Part shown: piece by piece, positions 24,231 through 34,206 of the stretch | Layout: every line of letters begins with the position of its first letter | Numbering within the stretch: position 1 is the first letter of the stretch | Source of the DNA: Deltaproteobacteria bacterium | Lineage (GTDB): Bacteria; Myxococcota_A; Polyangia; HGW-17; SLPX01 | DNA: 64,000 bases | Direction of reading: 5' to 3' | Assembly (NCBI GenBank): GCA_021162935.1 | Contig: JAGGXR010000131.1 | Location: 514-64,513 of the forward strand | Notes under the pieces: model-generated | Told to the model about the DNA's origin: nothing | The model's input: only the letters and a program-made list of their open reading frames with translations | Database searches by the model: none | Position numbers and translations under genes: made by a program

Positions 24231-26480
24231 CTACGGCTGGGTTCTTCGACGCTTCGTCGTCAAGAGGGTCACCAAAAGGAAGACAATCCAGACTGTAGAA
24301 GGTATCTCGCTGGCTGCGGACCTGCAATTGCAGCCGCCGGTGACATTGTCGTCGTTCGCTTCGTGCCCGGCGTCCTGGTTTCCTGGGCCGGCGTCGGCCC
24401 CGCCGTCGTCGGTCGGCGATCCGTCTGCAGAAGAACCTCCATCGGGCGTTACAGAACCGTCTCCGACCTGGATTGAAATGATCTCCGACAGCGTCTCATC
24501 ACCGTCGTCGTCCACAGCGCGAGCCTGGAGACTGTGTGACCCCGTTGCCAAACCCGACAGTTGCCACTCGTATGGAGCGATGTGTTCGATTTGACCGTCC
24601 TGCGTTCCATTCACGAGCAAATAGACGGCAGTGACCTCCCCGTCGGAGTCGCTTGCCAGGACATTGACGTAGATTTCCTGTCCGACTTCGAAGTCGGTAC
24701 CGTTGATCGGGTTTTCGATGCTCACCGCAGGGGATTCGTTGACGGCCTGCGTGGTCCTAAGGAGAAGGACCACGTCGGTCCCCTGCCAAGGCGATGTGAG
24801 ATCCCGCCACGAGCCTTCAGAAAGTTCGTCGCCCGTGCTGGATGTGCCGTCCGTGGGCCGGAACCAGAGCAGTGAGTAAGGGCCCTTGTCGAAGTCGGTG
24901 AGGTTGATTCTGAGTTGCGGTGTCTTGCCGGTATCCACGTCCGCATTCTTTCGGGTTTCCTCTTCGTTGGTTCCGTAGGCGGTGGAGATTCCCGTTCGTT
25001 CCCCTGCTCGAGCGTTCGGCACGTAGACGATGACTTCGTCGGTTCCTCGGCGGGCGCATTGGGGGCGGCTGGGACCGTCGTTGTACTCGGGCCCGGCAGC
25101 ATTGGTTTGCTCCGCCAGAACATCGGCATCCTCGAAGCGGGCAAGGTCGATGTGGTTGTCGGCCAGAAAGCTCCTGATATGTTCGATGTCGTCGAGACCG
25201 ACCATGCCGGAGGTCGAATACGGCACGATGTCGTCCCACCGGCCCGCATAGGTCGCCGATGCGCCGGACAGTAGGTAGGACCACATCAGACGTCGGTAGA
25301 AGTAGCGGGGGTGTGCCGGTGGATGGTAGGTCTCGTAGTAGTCTTCGGTGTTGTAAACGTGCTTGGAAAATTGCCTGTACGAATACCAGTCCAGGAGATC
25401 GCAGGCAATGTCGTAGGCCGTGTAGCCGATGATGTAGGTGCTCCAGTCACCGTTGCAAAATGGATATTCGTAGTCTCTGCGGTGCCCGAAGGCCATGAGA
25501 TGCCCAAAAGGGTCGTTTTCGTGGAAGTAGGGGCCCACGTCCATGGCCAGAAACCAGTTGTCCGGGTCCTGCTGCTCGGAACGGACCATGGTGTCGTTTG
25601 TCACTTCCCAGAAAATGTTCGGGAAAGCGGCGAATCGGGCGATGATGGCGCGCTTGAGACGTTCTCTCTGTTGTGCGTCGTGGCCGGTGCTCCATGTGTC
25701 GTCACCCATGTTGGCGTCGGGAAACAGGATGAGCTGGACATAAACCCCTGGGTGTTTGTCGAGCATCCATTGCAAACGTTCGTCTGTGTGCCGGAAGTTC
25801 GTCAGGGAAACCCTCTCCTTGGGTCCCGACATGCCGCCCTCCCAGTAGAGGTTCCAGTCCCATTCACCCAGGAGCAAGCAGCGCAGCCCGTTGATGCCCA
25901 GGGCTGCGTCCTCCGTGACGTATTGCTGATAGTCGTCACTGATTGCGTCCATTTTGAACAACCGGTAGGCCGTATCGGCGATGTGCACGAAAGTCTCTCC
26001 CCGGTCGGTCATCCAGACATGGGGGTTCGTCTCATGGGCGCGAAGCATCCCGGGAAGGTTGGAAGCCGTGGCAGAAAAGCTGCCGTTGTGCCCGTCGAGG
26101 TCCGTGTTTTCTGAACTCGTCGAATTCCAGTACCACGTGCCGGTTTCAGTCACGTAGATTCGCGCCTTCCACGTGCCGTTGCCGTCATAGAAACAGCGCA
26201 CGGTCACCTCATTTGCGACACCGGAGGGCGGCGTGAACGTGACCGTACAGTCCGTGTCGAATGGATTGTCACTTCCTTCGTTTCCGGAAAGAGAAATCTC
26301 GTGCACGCCGAATCGGACGGCAGTATCGTCGTTGCGGGTGAAGTTCGCCGCCCGAGATGTCGAGGAAAACACAAACAAAGTCACAGAGCCGGTCAGAAGA
26401 AACAGCGCAGCAGCCCCGGGGCTGTGCAAGATAGATATTGACTGCGTTTTGCGTGACGATCGGTGGTGCGCTTTCATCAT
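24231..26480 (-). CDS. Secreted DUF5060/DUF4038 (apiosidase-like) protein with collagen-binding-like and Ig-like domains and MYXO-CTERM anchor
   Basis: NPFD...FYDGNGTWKAR; ADTAY; IARFAAFPNIFWEVTND; WFRPTDG; ASDSDGEV Ig-like domain; GGCNCRS...hydrophobic...KRRR. Confidence 0.75.
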   Translation of the reverse strand: MMKAHHRSSRKTQSISILHSPGAAALFLLTGSVTLFVFSSTSRAANFTRNDDTAVRFGVHEISLSGNEGSDNPFDTDCTVTFTPPSGVANEVTVRCFYDGNGTWKARIYVTETGTWYWNSTSSENTDLDGHNGSFSATASNLPGMLRAHETNPHVWMTDRGETFVHIADTAYRLFKMDAISDDYQQYVTEDAALGINGLRCLLLGEWDWNLYWEGGMSGPKERVSLTNFRHTDERLQWMLDKHPGVYVQLILFPDANMGDDTWSTGHDAQQRERLKRAIIARFAAFPNIFWEVTNDTMVRSEQQDPDNWFLAMDVGPYFHENDPFGHLMAFGHRRDYEYPFCNGDWSTYIIGYTAYDIACDLLDWYSYRQFSKHVYNTEDYYETYHPPAHPRYFYRRLMWSYLLSGASATYAGRWDDIVPYSTSGMVGLDDIEHIRSFLADNHIDLARFEDADVLAEQTNAAGPEYNDGPSRPQCARRGTDEVIVYVPNARAGERTGISTAYGTNEEETRKNADVDTGKTPQLRINLTDFDKGPYSLLWFRPTDGTSSTGDELSEGSWRDLTSPWQGTDVVLLLRTTQAVNESPAVSIENPINGTDFEVGQEIYVNVLASDSDGEVTAVYLLVNGTQDGQIEHIAPYEWQLSGLATGSHSLQARAVDDDGDETLSEIISIQVGDGSVTPDGGSSADGSPTDDGGADAGPGNQDAGHEANDDNVTGGCNCRSAASEIPSTVWIVFLLVTLLTTKRRRTQP

Positions 26481-26630
26481 GCTTTCCTTTCATTGGATGA
26501 GCACGGCTATCTTCGCACGGCACCGCTTGGGCAGGCAAGCCGTGGTTTCTGACCGTCTCGTGAGCCCATCCTATTCATCATACAGGATTGAGAACCATCC
26601 GAAAACGATGTAATGTCGTCGGGTCAATAG

Positions 26631-26649
26631 CGCAAAAAGCCAGCGACGA
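26631..26649 (+). repeat. 19-bp direct repeat, copy 2
   Basis: CGCAAAAAGCCAGCGACGA. Confidence 0.85.
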
Positions 26650-26665
26650 AACGCATTGCGAGCGT

Positions 26666-26683
26666 TGTGTCACATGTGATACA
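26666..26683. promoter_or_regulatory. Imperfect 18-bp palindrome in the divergent promoter region
   Basis: TGTGTCACATGTGATACA. Confidence 0.35.
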
Positions 26684-26728
26684 TTTGAGGGGAATTGAGT
26701 AAGAAGGCAAACCATTGGAGGCGTGGTG

Positions 26729-28615
26729 ATGATGAAAGCCGCGTTTGTCGCCCTCACATCTCGGGGACGATTGGGGATGAGTTTTGTGGTGCTCTTTGTG
26801 CTGTGTGCGCAGGGATGCAGTGGGGGCTCGAAGTCCGGCAACAATGTCTGTGAAGGCGTTACCTGTTCCGGACATGGTGTCTGTGCCGTGGCCGATGGAG
26901 AGGCTGTCTGTGCTTGTGATCCCGGGTACCACCCAGAGGGGTTGTCTTGTATCGAAGACGGCACCAACGGTCCTTGTTTCGAGGTGGACTGTTCGGGGCA
27001 CGGCACCTGTGTCGAATCAGAAGGGACTGCGACTTGTGACTGTGAGGCCGGATTCCACGCTGAGGGGCTGTCTTGTGTCGAAGATGGTACGAGCGTCTGT
27101 GATGGGGTGGACTGCTCGGGACACGGCACCTGTCGGGTCGTGGATGGGGCTGCGCAATGTGACTGCGAGGACGGCTACCATGTGGTCGATGCCGTTTTTT
27201 GCGAGGCGGACGTTCCTGAAAACGAGTATCTCGAGCCAGTAGAGATTCCCAATTTCGATCCAAACGATCCGACCCATTGCATCATTCCAGACGACGTCCC
27301 TTGGTCCGCTGATACGTTGAACAGTGAGATCTGCGAGCATTTCTACGTCAGGCCGGGCACCTATCCCGGCAAGCCCGTCATCACGAGGTCCGGGTCAGAG
27401 GACGCCAGAAGGACGATATCCCCCTATGACGGGTCGACGCTGCATCCCGGAAAGCTGGCAGACGAGGACCGGACAAAGATTGCCCTGCGGTTCGAGGACG
27501 CCAGTTGGTGGGTTGTGAGCAGGATGTCGTCAAACCAGGCGTTGTACATGGAGTGGGGCAACAGGGGGACCATTGAAATCTGGAGAGGGAGCAACAACAT
27601 CATCATCGACTCGATGTATTTCGGGCCGGGTGGCCAGGCCGTGGCCATTCGGAGAAACTGCCACGACAACACAGTGCAGCGCTGTTTCATGGATGGGGTG
27701 AATCCAGCAATGCTCACTTCCGATCTTTCGTTCATCCAGTTGGAGGATTCCATCGAGGAGGGCCAGGTGGCCAGGACGCTCAATACCAAGATTATTTTGA
27801 ACGAGTTTCACAACTTCAAGGCGCTCAGGTTGCAGTGCCATTGGCCCGAACAAATCGGGTACAAGGATTTTTCCGGGACCATCGTGGACTCGAACGTGGT
27901 CTGGTTCGATGGAGATGTTTTGTGTGATGCCGACGGAACACCGAATCCAAACGGAGATTTTGCCTTTGCCGAGACTGGATTCGGGGGGGTAAAATCAGCG
28001 GCCGAAGACCCCAATAACCCTGTCATCTATTCGAACAACGTGTTGATGGGCGCAAGACAACTCTATCCGAACGCACCATCTACCCTGAGTTCTCCTGCTT
28101 CAGGTTTTACTGTCACGTATTTCAATTCGAACAACATCATCTACCGGCGGAATGTCGTCATCGATTGTCCGGGCGGTATCGCGTTGACCTCGAATCACGG
28201 TGGGGTGGAGGTGCGCAACGGGCTGGTGGAGGACAACATTTTCTATGGATGCGGATTCAACCATTATTCTGGTAGCGCGCATAACGCACGATGTACCAGC
28301 ATGCGGATGCAGGCGACCAGTGGTACGATTTTCAGGCACAACGTGGTCAAAGACCCTATCACGAACTGGGCCACGGTGGGATACAATAGGTCGGACTCCT
28401 ATTTTGGTGAGAACACGGTGATCAACATGGATGATCCCATTGTCGACGATGGACCGGACCTTCCCGGCCTTTCGCCGGAAGACACCAATATCTATCTGAG
28501 GTCGAGCGAGGGGGACGCCGAATTTCCATATGATTACGTGGTGCACTATTACAAATACACCAACGCTCCCCAGACCAGTGTCGTTCCCCATGTCCTCAGG
28601 ACTCCTCAGCAATAG
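26729..28615 (+). CDS. Lipoprotein with 3 EGF-like repeats and a right-handed beta-helix-like domain
   Basis: AQGC lipobox; 3x C-x4-CSGHGxC...CxC-x2-G(Y/F)...C; Asn-ladder-like repeats. Confidence 0.75.
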   Translation: MMKAAFVALTSRGRLGMSFVVLFVLCAQGCSGGSKSGNNVCEGVTCSGHGVCAVADGEAVCACDPGYHPEGLSCIEDGTNGPCFEVDCSGHGTCVESEGTATCDCEAGFHAEGLSCVEDGTSVCDGVDCSGHGTCRVVDGAAQCDCEDGYHVVDAVFCEADVPENEYLEPVEIPNFDPNDPTHCIIPDDVPWSADTLNSEICEHFYVRPGTYPGKPVITRSGSEDARRTISPYDGSTLHPGKLADEDRTKIALRFEDASWWVVSRMSSNQALYMEWGNRGTIEIWRGSNNIIIDSMYFGPGGQAVAIRRNCHDNTVQRCFMDGVNPAMLTSDLSFIQLEDSIEEGQVARTLNTKIILNEFHNFKALRLQCHWPEQIGYKDFSGTIVDSNVVWFDGDVLCDADGTPNPNGDFAFAETGFGGVKSAAEDPNNPVIYSNNVLMGARQLYPNAPSTLSSPASGFTVTYFNSNNIIYRRNVVIDCPGGIALTSNHGGVEVRNGLVEDNIFYGCGFNHYSGSAHNARCTSMRMQATSGTIFRHNVVKDPITNWATVGYNRSDSYFGENTVINMDDPIVDDGPDLPGLSPEDTNIYLRSSEGDAEFPYDYVVHYYKYTNAPQTSVVPHVLRTPQQ

Positions 28616-28743
28616 GAGGGATAGTTTGGAAAAGAAATTTCATGCCGGTGGTAAAATGAGATTCTCTCTTTGGACGGGAACTGTGTTGGGATGCTCGTTC
28701 GAGTCATGGGTACCAATGAGGCAAAGTCCGGAAGACGGAAACC

Positions 28744-29523
28744 ATGGGTGAAAGGTGGTGGACGAGATGGGCATTGCTTGTCTTGGCCATTGTCGGGACA
28801 CAGGTGGGCGCGTCTTCTTGTATTGGGGATTTTCCGCCGACCTATCAGGACGTTTGCGGCAAAATAGACTGTTCGGGACACGGCACCTGCGGCATCGTCG
28901 ATGAATCCAAACCGGTCTGTGCCTGTGATCCCGGCTACTATGCTTCGGGTCTCAATTGCATCGAGGACGGAGTCCTGCCCCAATGTGTGGGAATCGACTG
29001 CTCCGGTCACGGCGACTGCAGAGTGGTCGATGGCAAAACAGCCTGCGTTTGTTTCGATGAATATCACCTCGAAGGAGAACACGACTGCGTGGCCGACTAC
29101 GGTCCGAATCTGATCATGGAAAATGATTTCTCGAATGGGACGTATGAACCTTGGTATCCGCATCGAGGAGAAAGCACATTGGAGGTCGTCGACGGGGCGC
29201 TCAGGATCAGCTATGGGACGACGTCCAACCAGTTTGCCGAGTACCAACTGGTGGGATTGGTCGTTGGCGCCAGGTATCGCATCAAACTGCGTGTCATCGC
29301 TGCTGTGACGAATCATATGGCCATCAGAATCAACACTGAGCCAAACGACCATTCTTCGGTCGTCGAAGAATGGGGGTATGGTCTTGGTCCTCGCGAACAC
29401 GAGTTCATTGCAACGGCTCCGACAATGTACCTGGCAATCGGAGATGATGTAGGGTCGGTCGATACGACGTTCATCCTTATCGATGACGTGTTTGTGCAGC
29501 GAAGTTTTGTTCCACAAGAGTGA
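28744..29523 (+). CDS. Lipoprotein with 2 EGF-like repeats and a carbohydrate-binding-like jelly-roll domain
   Basis: ASSC lipobox; CSGHG x2; NLIMENDFSNG..W...LVVGARY...IDDV.V. Confidence 0.7.
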   Translation: MGERWWTRWALLVLAIVGTQVGASSCIGDFPPTYQDVCGKIDCSGHGTCGIVDESKPVCACDPGYYASGLNCIEDGVLPQCVGIDCSGHGDCRVVDGKTACVCFDEYHLEGEHDCVADYGPNLIMENDFSNGTYEPWYPHRGESTLEVVDGALRISYGTTSNQFAEYQLVGLVVGARYRIKLRVIAAVTNHMAIRINTEPNDHSSVVEEWGYGLGPREHEFIATAPTMYLAIGDDVGSVDTTFILIDDVFVQRSFVPQE

Positions 29524-29554
29524 ATTTCGAGCAGGAGAGCAGGAGAGGCGTGCG

Positions 29555-31354
29555 TTGACATACTTGGGCTCGAAAACAAAAAGGACCGTCCAAGCAGGAT
29601 TGGGCTTGTGGTTGCTGTTGGTCCTGACCGGATGCAGGTTGGATTCAAGCAAAGATCCCTGTTCCGATGTCGCCTGTTCCGGACACGGTGTTTGCGCCGT
29701 AACAGGGACCGGTCCGGTCTGTGCTTGTGATCCGGGCTATCATCCCGAAGGGCTGTCTTGTGTCGAGGACGGCATGACGGGTCCTTGTTACGGGGTGGAT
29801 TGTTCGGGGCACGGTACCTGCGTGGGGGCAGAAGGGACCGCAACCTGTGACTGTGAGGATGGCTACCATGCGGAAGGACTGTCCTGTGTTGAAGACGGCA
29901 CGACCGGTCCGTGCTATGGGGTGACCTGTTCGGGCCATGGCACCTGTCACGTGGTGAATGGATCTGCCCAGTGTGAGTGCGAAGCGGGATACTTGACTCA
30001 AGACGATGTGACATGTGTGGAGGATTTCGCAGCAAGCTGTGCAATGCAGTATGTGGAGGAGGTTTCGATTCCTTCCTACGATCCCACCAATCCGGAGCAT
30101 TTTCTCATCCAAACGGATGATGATTGGTCCCACATCAATGATTCCGACAAGATTCATTTCTATGTCGTGCCCAACGACTACACGGCGTTGGGCCGGATTG
30201 AGCTGACCCGGAGCGGAACGGAGGCACGTCGCAGGGCCATTGCATTGTACAATGGAAACGATGACCATCCAGGTGCTTTGCCGCGGGACACGGTCCATCT
30301 GGCAAAGGTGCTCTTCGATGTGGAGTCTTCCTACTGGATCATCGATCGAATGGCTCTGTGGGACCATGACACGGCGTCGAATTACGGTATTTTTGCTTTC
30401 GACGCGGGGGCTGAGCACAACATCGTCAATAGAACCTATACGTCTCACATCGAAAACGCCGTCAACATAAGAAATGGCGCTTACGACAACACCATCCAAA
30501 ACAGCAGATTCGAGGATACGGAGGAATGTGACGCAGTGACGATCCTGTTGGGGGGCATGACGGACACGGAGGCAATCTACATTGTGGATACCAAGATCGT
30601 GAACAATGAGTTCTATAATCAAAATATGGCCATCATGTTCATCAGGTTCATCAATCCTGACTCGGGCTTGAGGCAACCCGTGGATGTGGAGGGTTTGGTC
30701 TGTGCCTGCAACCAAGTGTATCTCGATGACGACACGCAACCCAACACCAGCTCGGGCTTCAATTTTGCGGCTGGGTCCATGAATCCCGATAAGCCCGTGG
30801 TGATCACAAGAAACATGTTGTGGGGGTATACGGGGTTTGGGAACCGCGGAGACACTGCTGTGGTTGGATATTCTAATGTCCGCAACGCCGTCTTTACCCA
30901 AAACGTGATTTTCGATTCTGCCCGATGCATCAGTGCCGGCTCGGCAGGTCCTCCGGACAACGAAGGTGAAGGCGGCCTGCGGACCGGTTTTGCACAGTCG
31001 GAGTTGACGGGAAACCTGTTCTATGGTTGCGGCAAAAATGATTACTATCCCCTCAAGTTGTCTTCCTACCAGACGATCGTCGAAGAAAATGCTCTCATCG
31101 ACTGCAAGATCGGTTATCTGGAGGCCTCTGGAAATGATGCGGAGAGCACATTCCAGAACAATGACATCTGCAACACTCCCGACGATTGGAACGACCTGGG
31201 AGACAACGATTCTGAGTTCGTCTCGACGGTTTTGGACAACAATCATTACGAATCGGCACAGGATGCCGGCTACAGTCAGAGTCTCCTGTTTACCAGGGAC
31301 AGGTTTACGGACCATCCAACAGTGGTATCGTTGCCGCATGCGGTCAGGCCCTAG
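29555..31354 (+). CDS. Lipoprotein with 3 EGF-like repeats and a beta-helix-like domain, paralog of 26729..28615
   Basis: TTG start after AGGAGAGG; LTGC lipobox; shared motifs HFYV.P, TRSG.E.(A/R)RR, HPG.L, DNT.Q, TKI..NEF, FYGCG. Confidence 0.75.
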   Translation: MTYLGSKTKRTVQAGLGLWLLLVLTGCRLDSSKDPCSDVACSGHGVCAVTGTGPVCACDPGYHPEGLSCVEDGMTGPCYGVDCSGHGTCVGAEGTATCDCEDGYHAEGLSCVEDGTTGPCYGVTCSGHGTCHVVNGSAQCECEAGYLTQDDVTCVEDFAASCAMQYVEEVSIPSYDPTNPEHFLIQTDDDWSHINDSDKIHFYVVPNDYTALGRIELTRSGTEARRRAIALYNGNDDHPGALPRDTVHLAKVLFDVESSYWIIDRMALWDHDTASNYGIFAFDAGAEHNIVNRTYTSHIENAVNIRNGAYDNTIQNSRFEDTEECDAVTILLGGMTDTEAIYIVDTKIVNNEFYNQNMAIMFIRFINPDSGLRQPVDVEGLVCACNQVYLDDDTQPNTSSGFNFAAGSMNPDKPVVITRNMLWGYTGFGNRGDTAVVGYSNVRNAVFTQNVIFDSARCISAGSAGPPDNEGEGGLRTGFAQSELTGNLFYGCGKNDYYPLKLSSYQTIVEENALIDCKIGYLEASGNDAESTFQNNDICNTPDDWNDLGDNDSEFVSTVLDNNHYESAQDAGYSQSLLFTRDRFTDHPTVVSLPHAVRP

Positions 31355-31577
31355 GCTGAAGTTCCCCGGCCGGGCAAGTGCTCTGGTCCAGTAAATCTGG
31401 TCTGGAGCGCAATTTTTTGCATTCGCGGTTCTGGCTACACGCGAATGCTCTTGAGCAAGTCGAGCGCCTGACGCTGCTTTTGGTCGGGCGTTGTGTCCAT
31501 ATCGAAGGTCGGCTCGTCAGGCGCCGCGGCACCTGCAGGTGTTTCGGCTCTGCTGAGTAACCGGTGCCTGAAGTGCG

Positions 31578-32726
31578 TTATTGACGTTTGGTGATTTGTT
31601 GGAGGTCAGAGCGGCCAACCCGGCCAGAGCGGCCGGCCCGGCGATGCGAACGATTGCACGTGGCGGTCTGCGGATACCGGGCCACCAGGTCGATCACATA
31701 TGAGGGCAACTTCGAACCCAGATGGGACGCCGTCTTGCGAATCAGGTCGCGGTTGATGGCAAAGGAGTAGCGCCCCCAATGCCGCACGTACCGCGGCTTG
31801 ACCGTACCCGCCACGTCACGAATCATCACGGGTGCAGCACAGAAAAAACGCCGGCCAGCCAAACGCACCCATCTCAGAGCCCCCTTGCCGACCACGCGAT
31901 ATCCGATGCGCCTGCCGGTCAGGTCATAGATGATTTGCCACTTGGTCATGCGCGGCTGACGCACGCTTGCCAAAATCGCGAGCGCCCTGGACACGAGCCC
32001 ATGGGAGCGAGTCTGTCTTCGAACCAATGCTGCCGCGCGGATGAACCGTGCCAGGGAACCGGGCCCTGATGGCATGGCCTGCCGGGAGGTCGCAACGAGA
32101 AACGACCTCATGGCAGTCGATGACGCCTGGTACGTATGGTTCGTCAGGACCGGAAAGGGAAGCGTCGCCCCGTGGTGCACCATCAGCCTCCCGCTCAAAT
32201 ACTCGAAGGTGGCGCAGCGTCCCGTTCGATCGCAGGCAAAGTAATGAACCCTGGCGTACAGGGGAATGACGGCAACCGTCTTGGCGCGCTGGATCATCTC
32301 GGCCACCGTTGCGCAGGTATCCAAGAAATATTGGATCCACTGCAGCTCATTGAGGGCGGCCTGCGAAGGAGCCGGTCGTCCATAATCGGTCCTGTGCAAC
32401 CAGAGGACTTCGATGGCGAGTCCTGCTTCGTTCATGCCCCCAACAGGCAGCTCCCGACCATACTGATTGAACGTGATACTCCCATAACGACTCGTCCAGG
32501 TCGCGACTTTGGTCCCCCTACCAGCGAGCACGAGCGCCTTCTTGGTCACCCTGGCCTTGTTCGTCATGAGGAGACCATCGACCGTGTGCCAATCATAGCT
32601 CTTGGCCATCAGGACATGACCGCCATGGTGCAGCATGAACGCGGTGCAGGCGCGGCTTTGCGACGGCTTGGATAGCACCGCAAGGCCAACGCTCAGGGCA
32701 AAAGCAACAAACATCTGATGCTTCAT
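31578..32726 (-). CDS. Linear amide C-N hydrolase (penicillin V acylase/choloylglycine hydrolase family), secreted
   Basis: Signal peptide then A|CTAF nucleophile; GGMNEAGL, QWIQYFLD, LTN, SLARF. Confidence 0.88.
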   Translation of the reverse strand: MKHQMFVAFALSVGLAVLSKPSQSRACTAFMLHHGGHVLMAKSYDWHTVDGLLMTNKARVTKKALVLAGRGTKVATWTSRYGSITFNQYGRELPVGGMNEAGLAIEVLWLHRTDYGRPAPSQAALNELQWIQYFLDTCATVAEMIQRAKTVAVIPLYARVHYFACDRTGRCATFEYLSGRLMVHHGATLPFPVLTNHTYQASSTAMRSFLVATSRQAMPSGPGSLARFIRAAALVRRQTRSHGLVSRALAILASVRQPRMTKWQIIYDLTGRRIGYRVVGKGALRWVRLAGRRFFCAAPVMIRDVAGTVKPRYVRHWGRYSFAINRDLIRKTASHLGSKLPSYVIDLVARYPQTATCNRSHRRAGRSGRVGRSDLQQITKRQ

Positions 32727-32932
32727 CGAATGACCTCCTGATACCGTAATCTCCTCTCGACCCGTCGTTTTTTGCACGAATCCGCATTTTGGTCACGACC
32801 CGTTTAGCGCACTCGTGACCGTTTTTGGACGTTGACGCGCCCAAAAAAGTCGGCAAACGTCCAATTAAAGCTGACGCTCGGCAGAATCTTGAGGAGGCTT
32901 CGGCCAAGCGAACCGACCACAAATAGGACATC

Positions 32933-34192
32933 ATGGCCCGCATCGCCCTTGTGACCACATCCCTGTCAGCATTCGTCCGAGAACACGGCGCCATACTCGC
33001 CTCCCGTGGTCACGACGTGACAATCTTCGGTCCCGATCGGCAAACCCGACCAGACGATGTCCCTCTCGATTCTTCCTCTAGAATTCAGCCTGATGTGGAA
33101 CCTCATCACCTACAAATTCGGTCCTACCGCCCCCTTTGGCCACGGGGTTGGCCCAGCCTGCTCGACGGCCATGGAGCCCCCGACCAACTGGAACGATTCC
33201 CCTGGCTGTGGACCGAGGTCCCCTCAATCGTCACTGCCATGGCCGCGGCCATGTGGCAGCATGGACGGGCCTTCGACGCGCTGGTGGCCCACTGGCTGCT
33301 CCCAGCAGGCCTGTTGGCGGCAATCAGCCATCCTCACCTTCCTCTGTTGGCCATTGCCCACGGAAGTGACGCCCACCTCCTGGCTGCTCTGCCACGGCCC
33401 CTTCGCCGTGCCATCATGAGCCGCTTACTCCGACCTGGAATCCAGATGGTGGCGACCAGCGACGGTCTCGTGGAGAAGCTGACCATGGGACTAGGCGGAC
33501 GCTTGCATCGAGAAGCCGAGCAACGATGCACGATCCTGCCCATGGGCATCGACGTGGCGGCTATCCAGGCCGAAACGTCCATGGATCGTCGAGAGGCCAG
33601 AAAGCGTTTGGGCCTAACGACCGAAGGGCCCGTGGCCCTCTTCATGGGGCGACTCGTTCCAGTCAAAAACCCTTTGGCGCTCATCGACCTGGCATGCCGC
33701 ATCGAGGATCTCTCGATCCTGATCGCGGGCAGCGGGCCGCTGGAATCCGTGCTGCGCCATGCCGCGACACGACAGGCGGTCTCCGATCGGATCCACGTCC
33801 TCGGCTGGGCCGATCAGAAGCGCAAAGCCCTGGCCCTTCGCGCCTCCGATCTCGCGGTCCTGCCCTCGATCCGTCTCGCCTCGGGAAGAACCGAGTCGAG
33901 TCCCGTGGCCCTTGCCGAGGCCATGGCTGCAGGACTTCCCGTGGTGGCCTCGTCTGTGGGCGGCGTCGCCCAAACGGTCGTCCCAAACGAAACCGGATTC
34001 CTCGTGGAACCGAACCATCCCACCGAACTCGCCCGTGCGGTCCAAAACCTCATCCATGACGATTTGCTGCGTCGATCCATGTCGAACGAAGCGAGACGAG
34101 CGGCCCGAAAACGCGACTGGGCCGTGGTCGTCTCGAAGCACATCCACCTCCTGTCGCAGGCGGCAAACGAACTGGGACAGCAGTGGTCCTAA
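32933..34192 (+). CDS. Glycosyltransferase family 4
   Basis: AHWLLP, HGSD, MGRLVPVK, ESSPVALAEAMAAGLPVV, ETGFLV. Confidence 0.9.
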   Translation: MARIALVTTSLSAFVREHGAILASRGHDVTIFGPDRQTRPDDVPLDSSSRIQPDVEPHHLQIRSYRPLWPRGWPSLLDGHGAPDQLERFPWLWTEVPSIVTAMAAAMWQHGRAFDALVAHWLLPAGLLAAISHPHLPLLAIAHGSDAHLLAALPRPLRRAIMSRLLRPGIQMVATSDGLVEKLTMGLGGRLHREAEQRCTILPMGIDVAAIQAETSMDRREARKRLGLTTEGPVALFMGRLVPVKNPLALIDLACRIEDLSILIAGSGPLESVLRHAATRQAVSDRIHVLGWADQKRKALALRASDLAVLPSIRLASGRTESSPVALAEAMAAGLPVVASSVGGVAQTVVPNETGFLVEPNHPTELARAVQNLIHDDLLRRSMSNEARRAARKRDWAVVVSKHIHLLSQAANELGQQWS

Positions 34193-34206
34193 CGGAAAAC
34201 ACCGTT

